Source: a virus
Taxonomy: Duplodnaviria; Caudoviricetes
Length of the DNA: 37,429 nucleotides
IMG/VR virus record: IMGVR_UViG_3300037755_000063
Location: 1-37,429 of that record
Direction: 5' to 3' (one strand)
In this document: positions 26,150 through 35,213 of the stretch, piece by piece
Numbering within the stretch: position 1 is the first letter of the stretch
How the letters are laid out: every line of letters begins with the position of its first letter
Program-made: the position numbers and the translations under genes
Notes under the pieces: generated by a model
Databases searched by the model: none
What the model saw: only the letters and a program-made list of their open reading frames with translations
Told to the model about the DNA's origin: nothing

Positions 26150-27144
26150 TAACGAATGGGCTCCACTTTACCTGTTTGAGGATTGAATCTATGTGTGGCC
26201 CCACCACCGGGAGCAGTTCCCTGCTGCGAACCATATTGAGGCATTTGAATACCAGGAGTTTGTGGGAATCCAGAAATTTGTGGCTGTATGCCACGTTGTT
26301 GTTCACGCTGATAGGCGGGTAAAGCGGCGTTGTATAATGCAGTAGCCATTTGTTTAATCTGAGGATCAACATCTGGATCATTAATAACCAACATTGCCGC
26401 ATGCACTTGCTCAGTGGCTCCCTTACCAGAAGCTTCTTTTAATATCTGTACTGAAGACTTGTTTTTAGCCGCTGTTCTAGCTTGGGCAGCTTGAACAGCC
26501 CCTTGGTTAGCCAATCCCTGCCTCTTCAAATCATACTCCCCACGCATTCTTGTACTGTCCATAGTCTGACGATAGGCAGGTTCAGTTTGACTCTGGAGTT
26601 GTAACCATTGCAAAGCACGTTGTTGTGCTTCCTGGGGATTACCTGTATCTAAAATTCCTTGTAAAATTTTAATACTAGGATCACCCGGCTTTAGTCCAGA
26701 ATCTTTAATTTTTGTTCCAACTCTCGCAGCCCAGTCTGGACCAGCAGGTTCTTGAGCAATCACTTGGACAGCTTTAGCAATACCTTGCTGACCACGGGCT
26801 AATTCTTGTTCGCCTTGGGCTAGTCCAATTTTACCGGGCTGTGTAGCCTCAGTGAACTCAGTGTTTAGTTCCTGACCACGAGTTGTAGCTTCTAAACCAC
26901 GAGATTGTACAGGGAGGTCTCGGACCGTAGCATCTCTAGTCGCCTGTCTAGCAGGAGCACCTTGCACCAAATCTTCTAGAGTGAGTTGTGTGGCAGCTCC
27001 CATTCTAGTGTCTTGCATACGGGCCATTTCTTCATAACGGTCTCGATCTCTAGAATAGAACATACCTGCCAACCCACTAGATGGTTGCCAACCATATTTT
27101 GGTCTTACAGATTCTGGATTGATATAATCAATTTCCGATGGCAT
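26149..27144 (-). CDS. Internal virion / ejection protein
   Basis: Gln/Ala-rich helical 331 aa; position in ejection cluster. Confidence 0.6.
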   Translation of the reverse strand: MPSEIDYINPESVRPKYGWQPSSGLAGMFYSRDRDRYEEMARMQDTRMGAATQLTLEDLVQGAPARQATRDATVRDLPVQSRGLEATTRGQELNTEFTEATQPGKIGLAQGEQELARGQQGIAKAVQVIAQEPAGPDWAARVGTKIKDSGLKPGDPSIKILQGILDTGNPQEAQQRALQWLQLQSQTEPAYRQTMDSTRMRGEYDLKRQGLANQGAVQAAQARTAAKNKSSVQILKEASGKGATEQVHAAMLVINDPDVDPQIKQMATALYNAALPAYQREQQRGIQPQISGFPQTPGIQMPQYGSQQGTAPGGGATHRFNPQTGKVEPIR

Positions 27145-27153
27145 TGTTTATTC

Positions 27154-28407
27154 CTAGAGAAAGATGTTCTGGTAATCAGTGGGCTGGTAGTTCTGGAATG
27201 AACCACCTGAACCCAAACTGGAAGAAGGCTGATTACTACCCGAAGGCCAGTTCTTGATAATTTGATCTAATCCATACCCAGCAATTCCATAAGGGGCTTG
27301 TGCAGCTCCCATAAGAGCAGGAGCAAATTGACCCGGAGCCTGAGATTCACCTCGACCCATAGCCAAAGGCCCGACAGCTCGAAGATAATCAGTAGTACCT
27401 CCATGTAAACTCTTGGCAATTTCCATTGGCATATTGCCAGACATGTCATAACCCTGGGAAGCCATTTTACGAGCTGTAGATTCTGCTATAGAACGTCCAT
27501 AGTCTGTATCACCAATACCCCGAGTTGCAGCTTCATATAAAGGCTCAAAATAGCGGCCTTGCTGGCCTCGCCATTGGTCTGATTCCATTTGTTGTTGCAT
27601 TAAATTCTCAGCAGTTTGTCCGGCTTTCTGAGAACCCATATATTCTAAAACAGCCCCAGCTAAATTTCCCCAAGGCATAGCTCCAGCCACTGTCTTTGCG
27701 CCTTGCATTAATCCGCCTAGACCTCCAGCAGTGCTCGCCGTTCCTGCGGCGGTTCCAGCACCAATGCCAGTAGCTCCACCAGCACCAGAAGTAATACCAC
27801 CTCCAAGAGCACCAGCACCCATAGCCCCTTCTGCTGTAGGAGCAGCCAAACCAGCACTTAAACCTCCCTCAGAGGCAGTGGCTGTTAAACCACCACCTAA
27901 AGAAGCTCCTTGTGGATTTACACCCCATGCAGCATCTGCTAATGTAGCCCCTGTTCCAGCACCACCAGCAGAACCAGCCGCTGTGCCTCCTGCGAATTCA
28001 CCAGCAGCACCATAAGCACCTGTGGCTTCGGTTCCTGTAGCTCCAGCACCAGCGGCAGCAGCACCGCCAAAGACACCGGCCAGACCACCACCAGCGACAG
28101 CCAGCAAAGGCAAAGCATCACGCCATTTTCCGCTGCTAGTAGCTGCAATCCGATTAGCCGCATCAGTTGTAGTGAGCCATTGCAACGATTGTGGTATCTT
28201 GCTGACATCACCACCATTCATTGCATAAGCAGAAATTATTCGATAGGCCGTAGCAATTTCTTGACCAAATTCAGTTTGTTGAGACAGTCCACCATATTCA
28301 TCTCGTGCTGAATTTGCCCATAAAGAACCATCGGCAGCAGCTTGAGAAATGCGAATTGCATTCTGAAGATCGGCGTCTGTAGGAAAATAACCTTCTTGAT
28401 ATCCCAT
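27154..28407 (-). CDS. Gly/Ala-rich DNA pilot / ejection protein
   Basis: Long Gly/Ala tract with hydrophobic segments; follows tail stabiliser gene. Confidence 0.65.
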   Translation of the reverse strand: MGYQEGYFPTDADLQNAIRISQAAADGSLWANSARDEYGGLSQQTEFGQEIATAYRIISAYAMNGGDVSKIPQSLQWLTTTDAANRIAATSSGKWRDALPLLAVAGGGLAGVFGGAAAAGAGATGTEATGAYGAAGEFAGGTAAGSAGGAGTGATLADAAWGVNPQGASLGGGLTATASEGGLSAGLAAPTAEGAMGAGALGGGITSGAGGATGIGAGTAAGTASTAGGLGGLMQGAKTVAGAMPWGNLAGAVLEYMGSQKAGQTAENLMQQQMESDQWRGQQGRYFEPLYEAATRGIGDTDYGRSIAESTARKMASQGYDMSGNMPMEIAKSLHGGTTDYLRAVGPLAMGRGESQAPGQFAPALMGAAQAPYGIAGYGLDQIIKNWPSGSNQPSSSLGSGGSFQNYQPTDYQNIFL

Positions 28408-28449
28408 GCTATCGCACCTCCGGTGCTTGCAAGTTCAATTTATTAAACG
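28405..28449 (-). repeat. Copy A of a ~45-nt two-hairpin leader element; encodes mini-ORF MAFNKLNLQAPEVR (28453..28409)
   Basis: - strand CGTTTAATAAATTGAACTTGCAAGCACCGGAGGTGCGATAGCATG; near-identical to 32392..32437. Confidence 0.85.
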
Positions 28450-28452
28450 CCA

Positions 28453-28830
28453 TTATTTAATTGCCCCTGCAGTTGTTAGAGCCTGCCATCCTGCACCAGA
28501 CTCATAGAATAGATTCTCTAGTGTTGCTAGAGTTACTTTGATGATAGTACGTTCTGTACCACCATTATCATAATGTATTTGCACTGTAGCTGAGGAAGTA
28601 TCAGCATTATGGACTGATATTGCTTTAATAATACGGCGTTCTCCTGCTTCAGGAGCACTAACTAATACTACATCTGTGGTTCCATTAGAAACACCATCAC
28701 TATGTGCTGCCGTAGAAAACCCGGCAGAATTGGTTGTTTCATAATGTACTGACCAATGAAGTTCATTAGTAGATACAGCTCCACCAAGAACAAGTTCCAA
28801 TGAAGTAACTGTGGTGTTTAAAACAATCAT
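28453..28830 (-). CDS. Virion-associated beta-rich protein
   Basis: 125 aa, TAATG-coupled within the tail cluster. Confidence 0.6.
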   Translation of the reverse strand: MIVLNTTVTSLELVLGGAVSTNELHWSVHYETTNSAGFSTAAHSDGVSNGTTDVVLVSAPEAGERRIIKAISVHNADTSSATVQIHYDNGGTERTIIKVTLATLENLFYESGAGWQALTTAGAIK

Positions 28831-30368
28831 TATTTCAAACCCTCAGAGTAATACAAATCTATAGCTTCTAATCTAAGAGCTTCAGAGGATGTGTTAGAGA
28901 ATCTAAATGCTCTCCTACGAAACTGACCTAAGTTATTTAGATATTTATCATCATTAACCATGTCTACGGTACGAGCAGTAGAGAATGAATCATAATCATC
29001 ATCAGACCAACTAATAGACATATTGGTAGAAGATAGTGTATTATCTGCCACTAAATGTAATTTATGTAGTCTCTTCTTATTAGTATTATTCAAATCTACT
29101 TTGGAAGTCTGTAACAAAAATTCATAATTTGATCCATCATCAGTAAACACTGGGTTTACTGGATTGACAATATAAACTTTTCCGTCTGTACTTCCACGAC
29201 TGATGGAAAAAAGAGCTTCTGTAGCGGCTGAAGAAGCAGCGAATTTATGCCATAGGATTTGTGAAGCAGGCACCCACTGATGCCATGTTTGATCTTCAAC
29301 ACAATACACCCACGTAATAGAACCATACATCGCAAAGATAAAACTTTTACCTCTTATTTTTGCAGCAGTAAGTCTAACAGTTGATCCTGCTTTAGTTCCT
29401 AAGAAGGCATCAACAACATTATCAGAAATACGAACAGGTTTAAATCCATCCAACATATATACAGATATAGTGCCTACATCAGAACTAGCTACCCAAGCTA
29501 CATTATCTTCAAAAGGAACTATAGCCTCTGGTCCAATACAACCAATACGAACAGAAAGTTCTTTCATTCGCTCTAAAGGTGAACCATCAGGATTTCCAAT
29601 ATCCCGATAAAACTCTAAGGTTTCTTCTCCAAAAGCAATAATCAAATCCTTATATCTTGCAAGTCCCACACCTCTATCTGGATAAGTATTAGCAGAAATA
29701 AATCCTGAAGCCGACCAGGCAGTTATTGAGGCTCTGTCACTATTTTGGATACGACCACTGGTTGTCATAATGAATGTATAACCATTCATATTAACAGGTG
29801 AACCTGTAATTGTTAAACTATTATTACTTGGAAAGTTTCCATCAGTAATTTCAGTAATTGATCCCCCATCCTGATAATAATACATTTTATTATCCGAAGA
29901 AGGAATCAATAGGGTAGGCGTAGAGCCTACCGTCGCTTCCACAATATCTGTGGCTGTTCCAGTGATTATGCCTAAACTGGAAGTTCCATTATATATAGTG
30001 CTATTAGTATCTCCAAAAGCAGAGATAACTTCGTTTCCTAATCCTGTCCAAATTTTAATAGCAGTTCCAATATTGCCAGAAGCAGGAGTAGTGTTAGTAG
30101 CAAAACCAGGACGTTTATAACAATAAAATTTAGTTGTTCCCGTAATTTCCGTTGTAAGTTTATCTGGAATAACATTAATAAATCGTTGATCTTTTCCAGT
30201 GAAAGCTGTCAAATTACCAACAATCATATCTCCTACAACACCAATACCTACAATACCGCTATCTACATCCGTATCAAGAGCAGTAAATAAACGAGTATTG
30301 AATTCCCCTACTAATGGGATTCTAGTTGGCTCAGTACGAGTGTTTGTAGTAGTAGCAGTGCGGGCCAT
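28830..30368 (-). CDS. Tail nozzle / packaged-DNA stabilisation protein (P22 gp10-like)
   Basis: 512 aa beta-propeller-like; FGEETLEFY...LER...IGC, SWSDD, LG-x-FRRRAFRF. Confidence 0.8.
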   Translation of the reverse strand: MARTATTTNTRTEPTRIPLVGEFNTRLFTALDTDVDSGIVGIGVVGDMIVGNLTAFTGKDQRFINVIPDKLTTEITGTTKFYCYKRPGFATNTTPASGNIGTAIKIWTGLGNEVISAFGDTNSTIYNGTSSLGIITGTATDIVEATVGSTPTLLIPSSDNKMYYYQDGGSITEITDGNFPSNNSLTITGSPVNMNGYTFIMTTSGRIQNSDRASITAWSASGFISANTYPDRGVGLARYKDLIIAFGEETLEFYRDIGNPDGSPLERMKELSVRIGCIGPEAIVPFEDNVAWVASSDVGTISVYMLDGFKPVRISDNVVDAFLGTKAGSTVRLTAAKIRGKSFIFAMYGSITWVYCVEDQTWHQWVPASQILWHKFAASSAATEALFSISRGSTDGKVYIVNPVNPVFTDDGSNYEFLLQTSKVDLNNTNKKRLHKLHLVADNTLSSTNMSISWSDDDYDSFSTARTVDMVNDDKYLNNLGQFRRRAFRFSNTSSEALRLEAIDLYYSEGLK

Positions 30369-30386
30369 GTTTAGTTCTTATAGAAC

Positions 30387-31259
30387 TTACGTTTTAATAA
30401 TATACATGGTAACAGCAAAAGGTTGCATGATGTTCGCGGCTACGTTGCCTCCGGTGTTTTGGTTAGTTGCAGTCGTACCGTTAGCGCCTTGTGTGGTGTC
30501 TGTCGCTGATAGAGTTGTGCTATAGGAAATTGCCGTAGTTGAACCACCACCTGTAACGCCTGCTGTTATTGTATGTGTGTGCGAATCCTGCGTGTGCGTA
30601 TGCAGCAACTGCTCCGTGCTTTTCTGCGCGTGTTCTTGTTCACCACCATATTGACCCACAGTACGGGCCGTATAGGTGTGGGTTAGAGTTGCTGTTCCAG
30701 TGCCACTAATAGTCTCATCAGGAGTTCCTGCTTGAGCTAATGCCAATGTTGAAGCAAATCTGACATTAGTAGAAGAAACACGAACAGCATAGTAAGTTGG
30801 ACCAGCCGACATAGAAGTAGTAAACCCAGTTAGGGCTGACAACACTACAGTCATGCCTGTAATCCACTTTGTATCATTTGCTGTGACGGTGAAACCATTA
30901 CCACTAGAGGCGGTTACATCTTCTGTAGTTGTACCAGTACCTGAACCAATAGGGACTCTACCACCTAAAAAAGGAACATTGAAGGTGGTTGATCCATCTC
31001 CTACACCCCATGTTGTACTAATAGCAGTAAAGAGTCGGCTATATGTAGTACGACTTACAGCCGCCCCATCACAAGCTAACCAGTCAGTTGGGGCTGAAGT
31101 ACCAGCATAGGGCACAACCATACCGGCAGGCAATATAGATTCTTTTACTGCTGCAATATTAGTAGGATCACTAAAAATTGTATAATGTAACCTATTAATA
31201 TCATTGAACCAATCTGCAGCAGTTACGGTAACATTATCAGTAAAAGTAGTATCAGCCAT
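30387..31259 (-). CDS. Short tail fibre with tail-collar domain
   Basis: PAGMVVPYAG-x2-AP-x2-WL-x-CDG-x-AVSRTTY-x2-LF...GDGSTTFNVP; C-terminal NIMQPF...YIIK. Confidence 0.88.
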   Translation of the reverse strand: MADTTFTDNVTVTAADWFNDINRLHYTIFSDPTNIAAVKESILPAGMVVPYAGTSAPTDWLACDGAAVSRTTYSRLFTAISTTWGVGDGSTTFNVPFLGGRVPIGSGTGTTTEDVTASSGNGFTVTANDTKWITGMTVVLSALTGFTTSMSAGPTYYAVRVSSTNVRFASTLALAQAGTPDETISGTGTATLTHTYTARTVGQYGGEQEHAQKSTEQLLHTHTQDSHTHTITAGVTGGGSTTAISYSTTLSATDTTQGANGTTATNQNTGGNVAANIMQPFAVTMYIIKT

Positions 31260-31285
31260 GCTTCATTTCCCTCGTCAATTCGCTT

Positions 31286-32266
31286 TTAAGCATTCTCATT
31301 TTCAGGTTGTAAAAATACACTTCCTTCTTCATAAATTGTCTCCAAAGCCTCATCTCGATAGGCTTTGGCTTCAGCAAAGAGGGCTTGTCGTTCTTTTAAA
31401 TCAAGTCCATGTTTAGGACCAAGCAAAGCTGCTAGTTCAATGACAATGGATAGGTAGAATTCTTGTGGAAAATCTGGATTGTCTGTGCTAGCATCAAAGT
31501 CCTGGAAAGGTCTTTGGTAAGTAAATTCTATAATGTGGTCCCCACTATTAAAGCGGGGGTAAATAAAGATAGTGCCAAACCAAGAGGCTGTTGTTGCCGG
31601 ATCGGCTGTTGAACTCCCCAGTCTGGGATCGTAGTAAATACGGTTAGGCGTACCTTCGGTAGTGCGGTTGCCAAGATTGAAATAGTCGCTTCGCTCCTCA
31701 GTGGTAATTTCCCAGGAAGAACCACCAGCCACTTCGAGCATGTTCGCATTAATTATACGGATTGGTCTTTGGACACGATCCGTAGATGCTGTATAACTGT
31801 AGAGTCGATTACCCGAAGCAGCAGTGTCGTCAATGGCTGCTGCCACTGTAATTTGTGTAGAGGAATCGACACTGGAAATAGTAGTCCAATGCATTGTGCC
31901 ATCGTCCATCTCAATGCCTACTTGATCTCCTGCAGTCATTCCTGTGCTGTCTGTGACACTAAGAATGGTCTGTGCATCTGCTTCATCAGCACTAAGAGTG
32001 GTTGTAGTGTAGTCCGTCACTACATGGCTGTTAGTATCAATACTCGACACTTCCGTAGTGGGGAGAATGAAGCCCCTTTTCAATGCCCACAAGGGCATTC
32101 CCACTGTAGCTCGATGTTTAACGAGCATGTTCAATAGGCGAGCAGCCTCTGTTACAGCAGCGGCTGTTGGAGTTTCTCCTTCACCAATGGCTCCAATATA
32201 CAAAAGAGCATCAGTGATAAGATTATCACGAGTAACTGTGAAGCTAAACGATCCGGACGAACTCAA
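31286..32266 (-). CDS. Head-to-tail adaptor (P22 gp4-like) with an inserted beta domain
   Basis: I-x-DAL-x2-IG...GETP...A-x2-LLN; G-x-P-x2-IYYD; DFPQE...LAA-x-L; GGAG SD before TTG. Confidence 0.7.
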   Translation of the reverse strand: MSSSGSFSFTVTRDNLITDALLYIGAIGEGETPTAAAVTEAARLLNMLVKHRATVGMPLWALKRGFILPTTEVSSIDTNSHVVTDYTTTTLSADEADAQTILSVTDSTGMTAGDQVGIEMDDGTMHWTTISSVDSSTQITVAAAIDDTAASGNRLYSYTASTDRVQRPIRIINANMLEVAGGSSWEITTEERSDYFNLGNRTTEGTPNRIYYDPRLGSSTADPATTASWFGTIFIYPRFNSGDHIIEFTYQRPFQDFDASTDNPDFPQEFYLSIVIELAALLGPKHGLDLKERQALFAEAKAYRDEALETIYEEGSVFLQPENENA

Positions 32267-32352
32267 GAGAATTTCTCCATATTTTTATGGTAATAGGCTC
32301 GTTTATTAGCCCTATCTTTTTCTAAATTTCTTTCTCTCCAGGCAACACCCAT
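32263..32352 (-). pseudogene. 29-aa basic ORF, possible endonuclease N-terminal remnant
   Basis: MGVAWRERNLEKDRANKRAYYHKNMEKFS; resembles the helical W/Y-x3-N-x-EK repeats seen before HNH domains; TTGA overlap with adaptor start. Confidence 0.35.
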
Positions 32353-32391
32353 AATTAATCCAATGAATTATCAAAAGTACCACTGAGAACT

Positions 32392-32437
32392 CATGCTAGA
32401 GCACCTCCGGTGCTTGCGAGTTTAACTTTGTTAAACG
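32392..32437 (-). repeat. Copy B of the ~45-nt two-hairpin leader element
   Basis: - strand CGTTTAACAAAGTTAAACTCGCAAGCACCGGAGGTGCTCTAGCATG. Confidence 0.85.
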
Positions 32438-32674
32438 ATAGCATTCTTGTTCCTCTGTAGCGGTGCAGTTGTTCATTGGGCGAAGTCCGCCCTTGCCGTC
32501 TGGCTTCCTCCAACGCAGGCGCACTCGCTCATACCCAATCTGTAGTGGTACAGGGAGACGGATTCCAAATGCCCGTGCAACAGATGCCTGAATCAGCGAC
32601 ACCGGGTTTGGGCGAACGTAGACTGGATCATCCACGTAGGGCTGGCCCTCGCGCTCTATGGCCGTCTTAAGCAT
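32396..32674 (-). CDS. Hypothetical 92-aa protein downstream of tailspike (likely start ATG 32674)
   Basis: TAATG overlap with tailspike stop; ends KLNSQAPEVL inside element B. Confidence 0.5.
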   Translation of the reverse strand: MLKTAIEREGQPYVDDPVYVRPNPVSLIQASVARAFGIRLPVPLQIGYERVRLRWRKPDGKGGLRPMNNCTATEEQECYRLTKLNSQAPEVL

Positions 32675-34527
32675 TACAGGCTCCCGAATTTGGTCAGAAC
32701 CCATGCGGACCCACTGTAGGTCACTTCGCACCATTCTCCAGCAGCCAGAGCCTTCAGCGGGCCAGTGCCTACGTTGAGGTTGAACGCTCCGACAGCAGGA
32801 CGTGCAATGTGAAACTTTGCCCCTGCGTAAGCGCCCGTCGTAGATAGTGTCACCGCTCGATCAGCGGTAAGCTCCGTCGCCCAAATTTGCGTTTCTTCTG
32901 ACTGCCGAGTTGTGAGGGTCTTGGCTGCATCGCCTACGTCAGCAGTGACGCCAAGCCCAAACTCTTCTAGCTCTCGCCAACTTGTGACATTAATGAACCT
33001 GTAGTACGCGCCATTCCTGAGTTTCTTGGGGGCAGAGCCGAACAGAGAGATGGTCGATCCGTTGTGGTGGATAGTCGTGTTGTCGTCGGCACAGCGAACG
33101 ATAATCTCCTGACCTTTAACCCCGCCCGTGAAATCTGTAATAGTCGTCGGGTTAGTATTGGCTGTCGTGAAGAACTTTGCCCCGGCAACGCTAGGCGTAG
33201 CGGAATTTGCTGTCAGGGTGGCTAGTTGGTTGTCGTCGAAAATGAACGACGATCCGTTAGCGGTGGAAATAAACTCTGCAGTGCCTGAACCGGACGACGT
33301 TGGGTTAAAGTGCTTATTCCTGTTGCTAAAGCTGTTGATGGTGTCGTTGAACCCATACTTGGCAACCTTCGCCACATTGCTTAGTGCTCGACAGTTGGAG
33401 GTCTGGTTACTTCCGCTTCCAGAGAAATTCCAGTTGTCGTAGGTGTTCGTAGTTTCCTGAGAGTTATTCAGGCCAATACAGTTTGAGAATTGATTACTGG
33501 TGCCTATGACATTCCATCCGTGGCCAAAGTTGAGATCGGCCCTGCTGTCTGAAATTCTGTTTAGTGTTGCCGCGCTGGTAAGGTGAATGCCCTCGTCGGA
33601 AATTTCTCCGATGAGTTTCGTGTAAAAGCCGTTCGACCCACGGATGACAATCCCGCACAGGTAGGCGTTGGCGTCGCTCAGTGCCGACAGGGACGCAGTG
33701 CCCTCGACGTTGTTTGCCATCTGGTCTTTGCCGGAGAAATCAAACACGCCGGTCTTGGCTGATTGCGTCCCAAGCAGACAGTTTTGCCCGTGCAGTTGCT
33801 CGTAGATGCAGCCAATGCACGAGCTATCTTCCAATATGGCTTCGTCAGAAAAGTTGTCGATGAAGCATTGGGCTACCACCCCGGCCCTGACATCTCGGAA
33901 ATGCACACCGAGTCCGGCTGTCGCTGCGCCGATGCCACGTATCTGCAACCCTATTACTCCACAACTACGGGTCGTAGCCACTGGGGTGTCAACTACTGCG
34001 CCCGCAGCCACCGCAGTAAGACGACCACTGGTAGTATCGAATTGGTTAGGGCGCACAAGCCCGCCTCGCAGAATTACGCCAGTGGCGAGCGTGACATTAC
34101 ATTTGACCTCTACGCCACCAGGAATCCAGATGTCGCCACCGCCAGCAGCGGCTACGTCATCAATGGCTTCCTGCGCCTCCGTAGTCTCGTCAGTGCCATC
34201 GGCATCTACCCAATCTAGGATGGAAACGATGTCGCGCATCTTCTCTTGCGCGGTGCGGTCTGTTCTGGCCCCTATACCGGACTGGGCGAAGCCAACAAGG
34301 GAGGAGCCGGTAGAGGCGGCGAGATCAGATACAACTTCATCAATCGCATCTTGTACCGTTCCTGCAGCAACCGTACCTGTAGGGTTGTAGCCAACTATAG
34401 TGGCACCAGATGAACCAGCTAAATCTACATCCCCAACACTTAAAGTGCCAGTTACATTAAGATCATCATTAACCTCAACGTCAACCGCACCATTAGATTG
34501 TATTGTATCAACTTTAAGTAAGGACAC
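32674..34527 (-). CDS. Tailspike / receptor-binding protein with pectate-lyase-like beta-helix
   Basis: RTAQEKMRDIVSILDW...DGTDET-x2-AQ-x-AID...GG-x-IWIP-x-G entry motif then Asn/Gly/Ser-rich repeats; likely start GTG 34527 (GGAG SD, TAGTG overlap). Confidence 0.82.
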   Translation of the reverse strand: MSLLKVDTIQSNGAVDVEVNDDLNVTGTLSVGDVDLAGSSGATIVGYNPTGTVAAGTVQDAIDEVVSDLAASTGSSLVGFAQSGIGARTDRTAQEKMRDIVSILDWVDADGTDETTEAQEAIDDVAAAGGGDIWIPGGVEVKCNVTLATGVILRGGLVRPNQFDTTSGRLTAVAAGAVVDTPVATTRSCGVIGLQIRGIGAATAGLGVHFRDVRAGVVAQCFIDNFSDEAILEDSSCIGCIYEQLHGQNCLLGTQSAKTGVFDFSGKDQMANNVEGTASLSALSDANAYLCGIVIRGSNGFYTKLIGEISDEGIHLTSAATLNRISDSRADLNFGHGWNVIGTSNQFSNCIGLNNSQETTNTYDNWNFSGSGSNQTSNCRALSNVAKVAKYGFNDTINSFSNRNKHFNPTSSGSGTAEFISTANGSSFIFDDNQLATLTANSATPSVAGAKFFTTANTNPTTITDFTGGVKGQEIIVRCADDNTTIHHNGSTISLFGSAPKKLRNGAYYRFINVTSWRELEEFGLGVTADVGDAAKTLTTRQSEETQIWATELTADRAVTLSTTGAYAGAKFHIARPAVGAFNLNVGTGPLKALAAGEWCEVTYSGSAWVLTKFGSL

Positions 34528-34898
34528 TAATATATCTCCAGAGTACAAACAACAGTAAGAGTATTAGAAATTTCGACAGGTCCTTGTACTCTAGCTTTAA
34601 TTACTTCAGACATTAATTGAAGTTCACTTGCAGAAATTTCTCTAAATGTAGCTGTAGCACAATTTACCGTAGGCCCTAAAAACATATTTGAAGATTCTGG
34701 TCTTGTAAATGCTACTTTCTGATTATCAGCACGTGGACGAACAAATTCTTGAGGATGTCTGGGTTCAAGGTCTTCGGCACAAACTATAAGACCATCCCAT
34801 CGTTTAAATAATTCAGACGATCTTTTTTTCCATCCGCATACTTGGCAAATACCAAGCCATTCTCCAAACTTCCAACCAGGAGTTGTTTGTTTAAACAT
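34527..34898 (-). CDS. Zn-finger virion-region protein, paralog 2
   Basis: TTPGW-x2-G-x-WL-x-ICQVCG...W-x-GLIVC...RHPQEFVRPR. Confidence 0.75.
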   Translation of the reverse strand: MFKQTTPGWKFGEWLGICQVCGWKKRSSELFKRWDGLIVCAEDLEPRHPQEFVRPRADNQKVAFTRPESSNMFLGPTVNCATATFREISASELQLMSEVIKARVQGPVEISNTLTVVCTLEIY

Positions 34899-34900
34899 TA

Positions 34901-35209
34901 TTATTCGTTGATGGTGTCTGTAGTATTAAAAGTGCCTGATGGAATATCATCTGCACCAGTATCCTCATATGTAACATCTACGAGCACATCTGTTGGTTCA
35001 GGGCTAGTCCAAGGCACTGCCTGAGCATCTGGTCTTGGGCGTACAAACGTCTGTGGATGGCGAGTTTCCCAACATGTATCTTTACAAACAATAAGATTGG
35101 TCCAAGGCTCTTTGGCTACCTCTGTGTTAGTTCTTTTGAAACCACAACGGTCACATATAACTAACCACTTGCCTAATTCCCAACCTGGGGTTGTCTTTTG
35201 GAAAGACAT
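34901..35209 (-). CDS. Zn-finger virion-region protein, paralog 1
   Basis: TTPGW-x2-G-x-WL-x-ICDRCG...W-x2-LIVC...RHPQTFVRPR. Confidence 0.75.
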   Translation of the reverse strand: MSFQKTTPGWELGKWLVICDRCGFKRTNTEVAKEPWTNLIVCKDTCWETRHPQTFVRPRPDAQAVPWTSPEPTDVLVDVTYEDTGADDIPSGTFNTTDTINE

Positions 35210-35213
35210 GTTT

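Noticed and set aside
27731-28228. Antisense Ala/Pro-rich ORFs
   Set aside because: Mirror of Gly/Ala codons in the ejection protein
33128-34390. Long + strand ORFs opposite the tailspike
   Set aside because: Expected in a GC-rich, stop-poor segment; no SD or motifs
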